A stretch of 62,135 nt of DNA from Octopus sinensis (taxonomy: Eukaryota): NCBI RefSeq assembly GCF_006345805.1, contig NW_021832405.1, positions 1 through 62,135 on the forward strand, given 5' to 3'. The notes under the pieces are model-generated. The model ran no database searches. It was not told the origin of the DNA and saw only the letters and a list, made by a program, of their open reading frames with translations. Of the stretch, positions 1-12,163 are shown one piece after another (position 1 is the stretch's first letter; each line of letters starts with the position of its first letter). The position numbers and the translations under genes were made by a program.

Positions 1-481
1 GCTGAGATTGGTTCAAATCATCACAGGGGATTGCCGAAAGACTTGATCGAACATAAATCATCACACCCCCTCCACGGCGATTAATGCGGTCTTTGCGGAA
101 CAGGTTGTAGCCGGCTATGCTGAAAACTCCATCACAGAGTGCAGAGTGTGCCCACGTTTCCTTGACTGTGATGAAATCTGGGTTGATACTTTTGACGTAG
201 GAGACAAAAAGATGCACCTGTTGCATAAACTACGGGCATTCAAGGACAGCAGTTTATATCTGGATTTCAGATGATGATATACAGGGGATGGCTGATTGTT
301 CTTGGTTAGTTTCCCCAAGATTTTTGCATTGCCAGTTGTTGTTGTGGGTGTAGTCTGCTCAGTCCAACTGGCATCCCTTATCCACGACTCACCAGACTTG
401 ACGAATGTCCAGATCTGCCCATCATCGCGGAGGCTAAAACTCTCCCGTGGCACAGAGTTGCGATTTAGGGAAGCCACGGAT
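1..481 (-). mobile_element. CR1/L2-clade LINE fragment: end of ORF1 region and N-terminus of the ORF2 AP endonuclease (frameshifted; runs off the window edge)
   Basis: Minus-strand manual translation gives KLLSLNARSLCN, then after a frameshift HLFVSYVKSINPDFITVKETWAHSALCDGVFSIAGYNLFRKDRINRRGGGVMIYVRSSL. These are the NARS, ETW and R.DR..R.GGGV motifs of LINE APE domains. Confidence 0.8.
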
Positions 482-2130
482 TCTTATGCCTAGCATTTCT
501 CTCAGGGTGCTGACATTACACATCCAGCGGATCATGCTAGCTTCATTTCTTTCAAGTCTACGCATGTCCTCTGCAGTCACGGCCCATGTTTCACTGCCGT
601 GAAGCATGGCAGTTCGCACACATGCATCATACAATCTACCTTTCACTCTGAGTGAGAGACCCTTTGTCGCCAGTAGGGGTAGCAGCTTTCTAAACTTTGC
701 CCAGGCTATTCGTGTTCTAGTGGTGACACTCTCTGAGCATCCACCCCACTACTAACTTGGTCACCCAGGTAGCGGAAACTATCAACTACTTCTAGTTTCT
801 CTCCCTGGAGTGTGATGGAATCTGTTTTCTGAGTGTCTGTGGCGTCTATTGTCCCTGTGCATCTGCCGCACATGAAAGCTATCTTATCTGTTAATTTCCC
901 TTTAATGTTGCTTTAATGTTCCCTTTAATGTGCGTCCATAGCTTACATTGGGTGCATCTTATGGAGTTTCTACCTACACCTTTCCTACAGCTCGAGCAGG
1001 GCCACCTGCCCGATGGGGTGTGTGCTGAGTTCGCCTTTCTGCATACTATAACTTTGTTCTTCGCTACATTTACTCTAAGGCCCTTTGATTCCAACCCTTG
1101 TTTCCACACCCGAAATTTCTTTTTTAGTTCCGGTAGCGATTCTGCTATGAGGGCCAGGTCATCAGCATAGAGGAGCTCCCAGGGGCAACCTGTTTTGAAT
1201 TCCTCTGTTATTTCCTGGATGACTATGATGAATAAAAGGGGACTGAGGGCTGAGCCCTGGTGTACACCTACTTCTACCCGGAATTCTTCACTATATTCGT
1301 TGCCAATCCTAACCTTGCTGACAGCCTCTCTGTATAGAGCCTGTACAGCCCTTATTAGCCATTCGTGAATCAACAGTTTCCGCATCGACCACCAGATAAG
1401 GGATCGGGGAACCCTGTCAAAGGCTTTCTCCAAGTCCACAAAAGCTATGTAGAGGGGTTTATCTTTAGCTAGGTATTTCTCCAGCAGTTGTCGGACCAGG
1501 AATCTAGCATCAGTGGTGCTTCTACCCGACACAAAACCGAACTGCATCTCATCTAAGCAAATTCTCTCCCTAATGAGATGGGTTATGACCCTCTCTGTGG
1601 CCTTCATCACCTGATCCAACAGTTTAATACCCCTGTAGTTATTTCTATCTAGAGCATCACCCTTACCCTTGTAGTAGTTGACTATGGTGCTGCTACGCCA
1701 GTCATTGGGTATGACTCCATTATGAACTACCTGGTTAACAATACGGGTGACTAGGCCATAGCCCGCATAACCAGCTGTTTTAAGCATCTCAGCAGTGATT
1801 CATGATGGGCCGGGGGCTTTACCTGGTTTCATATCCTTAATTGCCTTAACTACAAGGGAGCTGTCTATTTGGATAGCTGGTCCCTCTACTGGGTCAACAT
1901 TTGGCAGGCTCTCCTCCTCTCATTCATTCTCCACATTCAACAGTCTTTCATAATGGCTTCTCCAAGCCTCTTTCTTTTCACCAACAATAAAAGCAAGTGC
2001 CCCATCATCCATGCAGACACATTTCTCCCCTGTAACATCACTATTTTCTCTGACACACTGTCTAGCAAAACGAAATACCTCAGTTCTTTGGTCCTCACGT
2101 CGCTGGACATTGGCAAACTTCTTTTCTGCT
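482..2130 (-). mobile_element. RTE-clade LINE, degraded ORF (reverse transcriptase plus C-terminal region), truncated at both ends
   Basis: ORF 891-1787 has RT motifs NYRGIKLL, QFGF..GRSTTDA, FVDLEKAFDRV, GVHQGSALSPLLF and YADD. Downstream is MLHGSETW (434-646) and upstream is KEAWRSHYERLLN (1920-2130). Confidence 0.92.
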
Positions 2131-2158
2131 ATGTGTGTGTGTGTGTGTGTGTGGTGTG

Positions 2159-2189
<31 letters not shown>

Positions 2190-2235
2190 GTGTGTGTGTG
2201 TGTGTGTGTGGTGTGTGTGTGTGTGTGGTGTGTGT

Positions 2236-2270
<35 letters not shown>
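2131..2270. repeat. (TG)n microsatellite
   Basis: Directly visible. Confidence 0.95.
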
Positions 2271-2272
<2 letters not shown>

Positions 2273-2274
2273 TG

Positions 2275-2374
2275 ATAGGCAAAATCGACCTCGGCGGAAT
2301 TTGAACTCAGAACGTAACGGCAGACGAAATACGGCTACGCATTTCGCCCGGCGTGCTAACGTTTCTGCCAGCTC
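2275..2374 (-). mobile_element. SINE family B, 5' half (tRNA-like head GAGCTGGCAGAAACGTTAGCACGCCGGG)
   Basis: Reverse complement of the head of the copies at 23820 and 45198; contains box-B-like GAGTTCAAATTCC. Confidence 0.8.
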
Positions 2375-3300
2375 TTTGCTTTTTTAATATTACATTTCGG
2401 CGAAGTTTCTCTTGTCGTAGCACAAGTTTTCCGTCGATTTCCGTAAAAAACTTTTATTTTTTTACATAAGTAATGAGAGCGAAAGAGACTAAGAGGAAGC
2501 GATTTTATGACGAGGGAAGTTTGTCTTTGAAGTTACCGTCTAGGGGAAGCATTGATGTACATGTGTGTGTGTGTGTGTGGTTTGATGGGGTGTGGGAGAC
2601 AGTATGTTGTGTAAGTGAAGTGCTTCTGTTAGTGTGTGTGAAGAGACAGAGAGAGTAATGTGTGAAAGAGAGAGATAACTGAAATTTTTTACTCGGTGTA
2701 TGTGTATATGTATGTCTGCATGTATGTGTGTGTGTGTATGTATCTATGTATGTATGGCCGATTCATCGTAATTACGATGAATCGGCCATACATACATACA
2801 CACACACACATACATACACACACACACATACATACACACACACATACATGCAGACATACAGAATGGAAACATTTTCAATTTAATACATGTGGCTTATTAA
2901 CTAGTTTTAAATATTGTTATTAGAAGGTGGCTGACTTGTTTACATTTAAGATGTTTAATACGTCACGAAATTGGTGGTCGAGACGGAGTAAATAAAATAA
3001 AGCCGAATGACGGAATATCATTGGTTAAAATTCTAATTATTAAACAACGTTAAACTTAGAAGTTACAATTCCGTTTTCATTCTGGTTTACAATTAAGTTT
3101 ACTTTTGACACATTCTACCAGTATACGAAGTTTCAAATTGTTTGGTTCAGTAGGAAAAATTTGAAAAAACTGGCTTCAGAATAGAAAAGATCCAAATAGC
3201 GCAACTAATAAATTCTAAAGGGATGAATTTTGATATTTTTTCTCACACCAATCCAATAAATAAATTAAAAAAAGTAATGGGATTGATGAAGGGCGGGAAA

Positions 3301-3314
3301 TACTACTACTACTA

Positions 3315-3372
<58 letters not shown>
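3301..3372. repeat. (TAC)n microsatellite
   Basis: Directly visible. Confidence 0.95.
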
Positions 3373-3384
3373 GCTGCTGCTGCT

Positions 3385-3513
3385 GTGAGAGAGCAGTGTA
3401 TGCCATCAAAGTGACACTGGGGTAAAATACACGAAGCCCAGTATACCCATCATGACTACCTGTCTGATAAGGGTACACCAGGCACATGCATCACAATCAT
3501 ATGTGCACGACAT
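3385..3513 (-). mobile_element. Truncated copy of the ~560-bp (TAA)n-flanked element at 48698-49254
   Basis: Near-identical to the reverse complement of ~49125-49254 (GAGAGAGCAGTG..ATGCCATCAAAGTGACACTGGG); flanked by trinucleotide arrays. Confidence 0.8.
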
Positions 3514-3523
3514 TATTATAATA

Positions 3524-3607
<84 letters not shown>

Positions 3608-3620
3608 CAACAACAACAAC
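3514..3620. repeat. (AAT)n/(AAC)n microsatellite
   Basis: Directly visible. Confidence 0.95.
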
Positions 3621-3998
3621 AACGACAAGGAAGAGGAGCAAGAGAAAAAGATGATGATGCTGAAGGGGAAGAAGAGGATGAAGAAGAAAAGGTGGGGTAA
3701 GAAAAGTAGGAAGATATACAAAGAATAAATAAATTTTGAAAGAATATACTATGCTCTCTAGTTCAGTCTTCGGTGCGGTGTCACATCTACAAAGAAAATA
3801 CTATCATACTTATTGTCATACCAAGTTTTAAATCCAAGTTATCTTACTGATATCTGCACATAACTTGTTCCAGAATTGTTGCAATTTTTAGGATGCACTT
3901 GACTATTTCCTTCACTCCTCTGTACACTCCGATTCTATCATTTTACGTAAAGCCAGACAGCTGCATTCGGAACAAGAAGAGTTGAGTGGGTCTTTTTC

Positions 3999-4418
3999 AG
4001 GATCTTTTCGGTTTGAACGGCAGTTTTTTCTAGCGGTGTCATATGAAATTGTCACCCATAATTATGACCCTAGAATCGATCTATTGCATTTCAGTCTGTT
4101 TTAGGGTTAGGGTTAGGGGTGGGAGAAGGGTATCTTATTTTTTCTTCACAAATGTAAATAAACCCAAACTGTTTCTTAAACGAGGGACATATTCATACAG
4201 CACAGAACGTTTTTTAACTCAATAGACGTCAGTGATTGGTTGAAATTGCAGAAATTGAAGAAAAAAACAACAAATATCTTACAAACTATAGAATTTTCTC
4301 AATAAAGCCAAGAGAAAAATATGTTTTATAAACACATTCTACCAGTATACGAATTAAAAAATTTCTTAGTTACCTAGAAATTATTTTAAAAAACTGCTGT
4401 TCAAACCGAAAAGATCCC
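3999..4418 (+). mobile_element. MITE with ~30-bp TIRs (GGGATCTTTTCGGTTTGAACGGCAG), internal TTAGGG repeats and a 6-bp TSD
   Basis: TIRs at 3999-4029 and 4388-4418; TTTTTC at 3993-3998 and 4419-4424; TTAGGG x3 at ~4101-4118; homologous copies at 4811 and 12677. Confidence 0.88.
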
Positions 4419-4810
4419 TTTTTCGTTTTTGGGTTGGCATAGTGATGACTTGTTTCTCATCACTTTCACAAGTACGTTAATATTGACAGTCTGACATCGC
4501 GTAGTCTTTCCGAATTGCCAATGAGTTCGCCATAAGTTTACTATAGTATGAGTAGAGTATGCATTGTTTTAGTATAGCGTAGGTCATGACATGTATCCAT
4601 AACTCTGTACCTATAACAAGTAATCTATTACAGGGGTGTCTACAGGAATAGTTTACACTACTATGGAAAGAACCAGCTATACGCTGTATTGCAGTCAACG
4701 TGTTTTCCGCACTCATCCAGTCATCAGCGTGTGTAACCTTTTTCATGACTAAGTTGATATCATTTACATAGAAGAATGTAGAACAATGTGTGTGTGTGTA
4801 AGTGAAAGAT

Positions 4811-5204
4811 GGGATCTTTTCGGTTTGAACGGCAGTTTTTTAAAATAATTTCCACGTAACTAAACACTTTTAAACTTCGTATACTGGTAGAATGTGTTTA
4901 TAAAACATCTTTTTCTCTTGGCTTTATTGAGAACATTCTATAGTTTGTAAGATATTTGTTGTTTTTTTCTTCAATTTCTGCAATTTCAACCAATCAATGA
5001 CCGTCTATTGAGGTAAAAAACATCCTGTGCCGTATGAATATGACCCTCGTTTAAGAAACAGATTGGGTTTATTTCCATTTGTGAAGAAAAAAAGATACCC
5101 TTCCCCCACCCTAACCCTAACCCTGACCTTAACTAACCCTAACTAGCCCTAACCCTAAAACAAATTGAAATGCAATAGATCGATACTAGGGTCATAATTA
5201 TGGA
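4811..5204 (-). mobile_element. Second copy of the GGGATC MITE, inverted and missing one terminus
   Basis: Reverse complement of ~4050-4418; expanded CCCTAA tract at ~5110-5157. Confidence 0.85.
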
Positions 5205-6115
5205 TACCCCCATCCCCCATTACTACGACAGCAACAATGATCACCACCACCGTAGCCACCACCGCAACCCTCCCCACTACTATTAACAACAACAATAACT
5301 TTAGTTTGATGAAATCCATACAAGCTGTGGTGATTGTTCTTCCTTGTGGAAATCCAAAGTTGAATCGTAATTGAGAGATAGCTCCGGATAGTTTTTGTGT
5401 TAGATGATGAGGCTGCTGTGATGTGAGAAAACAGTGGACAATTAGCTGAAAATACAGAGATCTAAATTCCGATAGCGGCAACACTTACTTCCCGAGTTTA
5501 AATATAGTGAAGTTAAACGCCTATGATTAGCTGTTCCAGCCAAGGTCATTTCGCCTTTCTCTCGAGGGATGTGCGTCTCTAATTACATCTAATATGCCTC
5601 CCATTTCTTAAGACAGAAGGGTATACAGCGAAGGAAATATGGTTGCTATTTCTAGAACATTTGGCAACCGAGGCAAGACTCCCCGAAAAGACTGATTGTG
5701 AAGTCTTTGGTGGTCATAATGAGACGGTGAACTTCACGTGATTCTCGTTTAAGCATAAGAGAAATGGCGCCGAAGTCTTTAGTTTATTTCAAAATAGCAT
5801 TTATTTTCATGATAGCATTTAGATATGAATTTGATAATTTTGTTAAGTAATTTAACGGATTGGTAAATTAGTAATTTAGCAGGGTGGTAAATTACATTGA
5901 AATTTATTGCTTGGCTGAAATTACATCCTTTTGAACTATTTCTTTACGACGCCATTCTGTCTGTGTGTGACCAATTTATATAACTCTATGGGCTTTTTTT
6001 TTCATTATTAGAATTTGTGCATGCATACAAACATACACATGCACTGAAACACACAGATACACGTATATACATACGGATACAAGCATATATATATTTAGAC
6101 ACACAAACGCCCCCA

Positions 6116-6160
<45 letters not shown>

Positions 6161-6315
6161 AATATATGTATTTATACACACACACATATAAACATATACA
6201 TACATATCAATATATCTGCTTGTGTATAAGTGTGTGGAGAAAACACACAGATACATTCATTGATGCAAACACATACATATGCACGAACAGATGTATATAT
6301 ATATATATATATATA

Positions 6316-6365
<50 letters not shown>

Positions 6366-6871
6366 CATACATATATCATAAAGGCAACCGCAGAGGTCAA
6401 TTTAGCTGTATATATGTGAAAGCAACACACCATATTGTACAAATGTTGAGTTGCAGAATGAAGCAAAGGTCACATACAAATATCACTTCACGTATTTGTA
6501 CCATATCATTACATATATAAACAAAAAAATAAAACAAGGACTATTTCAAAACTGCTCTTCTCACAGAAATCTCAAACTGGGAATAACTTTAAATGTAACC
6601 TTCATGTAAAACTTGTCGAAACTTTTAAAGAACATCATCACCTACCTAAAATTATATTAGCTGCAAACTGACAATATTATGATAAAATGTGAGTTTTATC
6701 GTCCCACGCGTAACTGTATCCATAGTATAAAATGGAGTTACCACCTTAGCAAGGTGTTATATACGAAATGTATATAATGTAAGCCAACTGCTCAGACTGT
6801 CACACTGACACACATGCGGAATATCAATCAGTCAGAAATAAACTTTAATCTCACACACACCTTAACAAACA

Positions 6872-7279
6872 GGCGCAGGTGTGGCTGTGTTGTAAGAAGC
6901 TTGTTTCTTAACCACATGGTTCCGGGCTCAGTCCCACTGCGTGGCACATTAAGCAGGCGTCTTCAACTATATCCTCGGGCAGACCAAAGCCTTGTGAGTG
7001 GATTTGGTAGACGGAACTGAGAGAAGCCTGTCGTATGTATATCATCATCATCATCATCATCGTTTAACATCCATTTTCCATGCTAGCATGGGTTGGACGG
7101 TTCAACTGGGGTCTGGGAAGCCAGGAAGCTGCATCAGGCTCCAGTCTGATCTGGCAGTGTTTCTACAGCTGGATGCCCTTCTTAACACCAACCACATTTT
7201 ACGTGCCACCGGTACAGGTGCCAGGGGAGACTTGCAGCGGCTACGATCGGTTGGTGCATTTTACATGCCACCGGCACGC

Positions 7280-7329
<50 letters not shown>

Positions 7330-7333
7330 TATA

Positions 7334-7372
<39 letters not shown>

Positions 7373-7589
7373 CATACATACACGTGTATGTGTCTTTGTG
7401 TTTGTGTCTGTTCCCCAGTACAACTTGACAATCGGTGTTAGCATGCTTACAAATCCGTAACTTAGCGGTTCGGCAAAATAGACCGACAGAATAGATACCA
7501 GTACTAGGGTAAATTCATTCGACTAAAAATTCTTCAAGGCGGTGCCCCAACATGGTTGCAGTCAAATGACTGAAACAAGAAAAAAAAAA
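6872..7589 (+). mobile_element. SINE family A (tRNA-derived head, internal microsatellite, AAGAGT-type tail) carrying a nested insertion
   Basis: Head GGCGCAGG.GTGGCTGTG..GTAAG, box-B-like GGTTCCGGG.TCAGTCCC and tail GCAGTCAAATGACTGAAACAAG, all shared with ~10 copies in the window. Confidence 0.88.
7041..7278 (-). mobile_element. Probable RTE LINE 3'UTR fragment with (GAT)n tail, nested in the SINE A microsatellite
   Basis: Non-SINE block interrupting the SINE; on the minus strand it ends in ...GTTAAACGATGATGATGATG, a short-repeat tail typical of RTE elements. Family assignment is from recall. Confidence 0.6.
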
Positions 7590-8155
7590 CATGTTAAACA
7601 GTTTAACTGTAAATTGGTTCGAAGTAAAAATCTTGTGATACACGCTATAGTAACTTGAGAACCAACAGTGGCATAATACCAAACGGCAATATTTCCGAAG
7701 GCAGTGGAAGGGTACAACGGACGTGGTCTCTCGTGGTCGTCGATAATTTATATGGAATTCTAAAGCTGGAGAGATAGATACCGAAATCTCTCTAACATTC
7801 AACTAAAAATTTGGAATGATATGATGGAAACCGCACAAAGATTGACAGACTAGAGAAAAATATCAGAAAAAAAGCTATCCTAAATTGAAGTACCTGTATT
7901 TAATGAGATAACAGAAAATTAACTAAAGGTTCAAGTTTCCAAGGTATCCAGGCAAATGGCATAAAATCAACACAGCTGATGTATGTGTCTGTTGGTTCTC
8001 TTAATTATGTGTTGTAATATTTACAATCACCACAAAACGTTAGAAAAATACCCCAGGCGTTAGTGAAACAACTTGTGGACAAAATTTGAAACTTTAAACT
8101 CCATCAGCTGAAATAAGGACAGCAGCATCAATATATATATATGTATATATATATA

Positions 8156-8544
8156 CTAACAGTATCGCCCGGCGTTGCTCGGGTTTGTAAAGGAAATAAC
8201 TATATAAGCATTTTTAGAGAGTTATAGCCAAAAAATAGCAAAAAAATGCATTAAAAATGGAAAAAAATGATGGTAAATTTTTTTTTAATCGTTGACTCAT
8301 CGTAGACATTTTTAGAGAGTTACTTCCGTTAGCGAAAAAAATGCATTAAAATGGAAAAAATGATGGTAAAATATTTTAAAAATCGTAGACTCATCGTAGA
8401 CGCGCGCTAATACCCAGAAGAGCTCGATATGAATCACAACTATAAGATACCCGGTTTTGGTTAAACTGCATCGCAAAATGTGGGAGTAGTTAGGAATCTA
8501 AATCGTAGGAGACAGACACACAACTTCACTTTTATATATAAAGA
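8156..8544 (-). mobile_element. Non-autonomous Helitron
   Basis: Minus strand starts TC after A and ends with hairpin CCCGAGCAACGCCGGG plus TTAG (variant of CTAG) before T; homologous to 11780-12163. Confidence 0.8.
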
Positions 8545-8556
8545 TATATATGTATA

Positions 8557-8647
<91 letters not shown>

Positions 8648-8914
8648 TATATGTAGAAAAATACAAACTGGGACAAGAACGTAAAACATTTAGAAGACGA
8701 TACAAAAACACGGTCAAAAACACGGTCAAGAACCGGATCATCGTAGCAATTTCGGCTGATTAATCTTGAGATCGCTCCGATCTGGCCAGCCCCAAGGAAA
8801 AACTAAGCTACGAGCATTAGATTTCTTGGAAGAAGAATCGAATGTATACGAAACAGGGACAGAAAAACGGACGATGCCACACGAATATAAAATACAAAAA
8901 ACAATAATGGTAAA

Positions 8915-9019
<105 letters not shown>

Positions 9020-9658
9020 CAACATATGAAACACTAAATACTAAATATACTCTTTGTTAGTTTATCGTAACTTCAACATATACAACCCTTTCTATAAGTG
9101 ACATGTCATCAGAAGTATATGGTGAAATCTACTGCAAAAAAAAAAAAAAAAGATAGACTCAAAAAGTAAGCTGCATGAATGGAAGAACTAGATTAAGAAT
9201 GGTGTTAACATATTGAACAAGAAAAATACGGAATAAATGGCAAAAGCTGGTAAAAGTCTTAAAGATAAAATGATAAGCAGAAAATCTCTAGGACCAGATC
9301 TTAAAAAAACATTTGACAACCCTTCATAGAAGAAATAGCGTTGTGGGAATGCTAGACCGTTTAAATAGCTGACAACTGCCTTATTTTCATTTCAAAATTA
9401 GCCAATCCACTCAAGTAAAAAAAATTCCATCTATCATTCGGATTGACAATATGTACAAGTTATAAACTGGATTACAGGTTTATTGAATTACCAACAACTG
9501 GACAGGGAGGAAGTATGGGACTGTATAGGGTGGCTATTATTTGAAAAACAAAATAATGCAGGGAAAAACTACAGGAATTTGCATGTAGAATATGTACCGC
9601 CGTAGCTAGTACAACATTAAATAGTACAGACTGCCAGTTGATGATCCCTATGTATTTG

Positions 9659-9735
<77 letters not shown>

Positions 9736-9817
9736 ATACATCTAATATAGGATAAAATTTTTCAAAAAATTTTATCAATGGCCAGCATATTAAAAAATAC
9801 CTTTAGAGGTTAAATTT

Positions 9818-10267
9818 ATAAACAACTTATAAACAAGAGCAAAAGAAACAAATTTCTAATGCCAAATATGCTAAAACTAGACACAACGTCCTTAACCATA
9901 TAATTCATCACTATAAGCACTCGTCTCGAAGAAAGCCGACAGAAATTTCTAAAAAATTCCGTTATTATTATATCGGACCCGATTTCAGAGTTAATTCATA
10001 AGAACCTTCTCTTCGTCAGTGATAAATGCGGCAAAGAAATAAATGAAATACTTAATTATACCCATGGAAGAAGCAAACACTAAGCCATGAGCACAATTAA
10101 GTACTCCAAATATATCCAAAATAGAAATTCTCCAGCCCATTCGAGACACGTGCGATTCGAACTGAAAACTCTCATAGTGATGAATAATATGGTTATGGAC
10201 GTTGTGTCTAGTTTCGGCATATTTGGCATTAGAAAATTTTTCTTTTGCCTTTTTATAAGTTGTTTAT
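9818..10267. repeat. ~100-bp imperfect inverted repeat (9818-9917 / 10171-10267) around a ~250-bp core
   Basis: ATAAACAACTTATAAA...TTCTAATGCCAAATATGC.AAACTAGACACAACGTCC.TAACCATA..ATTCATCACTAT.AG matches the reverse complement of 10171-10267. Confidence 0.85.
9971..10024 (-). ncRNA. Type I hammerhead ribozyme-like motif (degenerate)
   Basis: Minus strand: TATCA-CTGACGA-AGAG[18 nt]CTCT-GAAA-TCGG-GTC-CGATA. Intact CUGANGA, GAAA and GUC, a 4-bp stem II, and stem I with one mismatch. Confidence 0.6.
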
Positions 10268-10290
10268 GTATATATATATATATATATATA

Positions 10291-10449
10291 GGCGCAGGAA
10301 TGGCTATGTGGTAAGTAGCTTGCTTACCAACCACATGGTTCCGGGTTCAGTCCCACTGCGTGACACATTGGGCAAGTGTCTTCTACTACAGCCTCGGACT
10401 GACCTTGTGAGTGGATTTAGTAGACAGAAACTGAAGGAAGCTCGTCGTA

Positions 10450-10498
<49 letters not shown>

Positions 10499-10717
10499 TT
10501 TTGTGTCTGTGTTTGTCCTCCCAACATCGCTTGACAACTGATGCTGGTGTGTTTACGTCCCCGTCACTTAGCGGTTCGGCAAAAGAGACCGATAGAATAA
10601 GTACTAGGCTTACAAAGAATAAGTCTCGGGGTTGATTTGCTCGACTAAAGGCGGTGCTCCAGCATGGCCACAGTCAAATGACTGAAACAAGTAAAAGAGA
10701 GTAAAGAGTAAAGAGTA
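10291..10717 (+). mobile_element. SINE family A, full length
   Basis: Same head, internal (TA)n(TG)n and AAGAGT tail as the other copies. Confidence 0.9.
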
Positions 10718-11779
10718 GTATGGCTGGGCTACCAGAAAGCGATTGATATCATCATCCCATGTGGAAGACTAAGAGACTACAATTAGCCAGCCTCACCATC
10801 TCTGGTAGTTGCTATTCAGCCGTTGGGGGTACTCACATCAACAGTTTTAGTCAATCATATCGATCTCATTATTTATTTCAGTCTGGTGTTTACTTTATCG
10901 ATCTCTGCTTATGGAACCGCTACTACAGAACGTTACTCAATATTATGCGGTTGCAAAGAGAACTTTCCGTACCTGAACGAAATACTGACATCATACATTC
11001 TCGCATTTTCTCTTTTTATACCTTTCAGCTCTCATTTCTATACAAATAGGAATTGGTTCATAAGAATGCCTGATAGATATAGTCATTAGTTACGTAAGGG
11101 TGGAGCTGTGTTCATTCTTTTGTTTATTCCATTCCTCGAGTATATTGTAAATGTTATTGTTTAAGCTCAAGTCTGTCCAAATAGAGCAGGCATATGATCA
11201 AATGCATTCCAACCACGACTATCCCCACTTTTTCCCACTTGCAGGGAACCCAGAATCACATTGTCTAGTATGTCCCTTTCTATGGCGGGAAGGCGTGATT
11301 TAAGAGAAATTTGGCTGCTCTCTCTAGCAGGTCTAAGAACCACGTGGAGACTCCCTTGATAGCACATCTGTCAATGTGAAATTATGTGGCTCCATTAATG
11401 ACATCTTCAACATTTTCAATGTGTTTCTTCATTTCCGGAGTAAACGTCATCTTTCACGCGGAGGTAATCAATATTCAATATTTTACATAGAACAATAGTT
11501 ATCTCTCGTTACGAAAACAAAGAAACGAAAAAAAAAAACAAAATAGAACAAAACCAAAAAAAAAGAGAAGGAAAGGAAAATAAGTGACGTGGCGAGAGAA
11601 CGATAGAGAGAACACCTGAGTTTTTACTTCTTTCTTCTTATCTTCTCCATCACCAGAATATTGAATATACGATGTCTCAGTAAATATAAGGGCAGAATGT
11701 CAGAAGCGGCACACGAACTCACGACTTGACCACCGAGAGAGCATCAACCCATATCCAATTATTTCAATTTTATTTTAGA

Positions 11780-12163
11780 CTAGCAGTATCGCCCGGCGTT
11801 GCTCGGGTTTGTAAGGGAAATAACTATATAAGCATTTTTAGAGATGTAAAGTATAATAGCCATCTCAATAGCCATAGGGGGTGTTACTGTAGCTTTTTAC
11901 GTTCTGAGATTTAATAATAAATTTTTAGAGAGTTACTTCCCTTATATATGCCAAAAATGCATTAAAAATGGGAAAAATTGATGGTAATTTTTTTTAAATC
12001 GTAGACTCATCGTAGACGCGCGCTAATACCCGGAAGGGCTCGATATGAATCACGACTATAAGATACCCGGTTTTAGTAAAACTGCACCGCAAAATGTAGG
12101 AGTAGTTTGGAATCTAAATCGTAGGAGACAGACAGCACACAACCTCACTTTTATATATAAAGA
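11780..12163 (-). mobile_element. Non-autonomous Helitron
   Basis: Minus strand reads A|TC...hairpin...CTAG|T, the canonical Helitron termini and AT target; homologous to 8156-8544. Confidence 0.85.

Noticed and set aside
4477-4785. 89-aa ORF with FYVNDINLVMKKVTHADD resembling an RT YADD region
   Set aside because: Similarity does not continue past the motif; too weak to call.
4101-5157. Interstitial telomere or chromosome-fusion scar
   Set aside because: The TTAGGG/CCCTAA tracts are internal parts of a MITE present in three copies.
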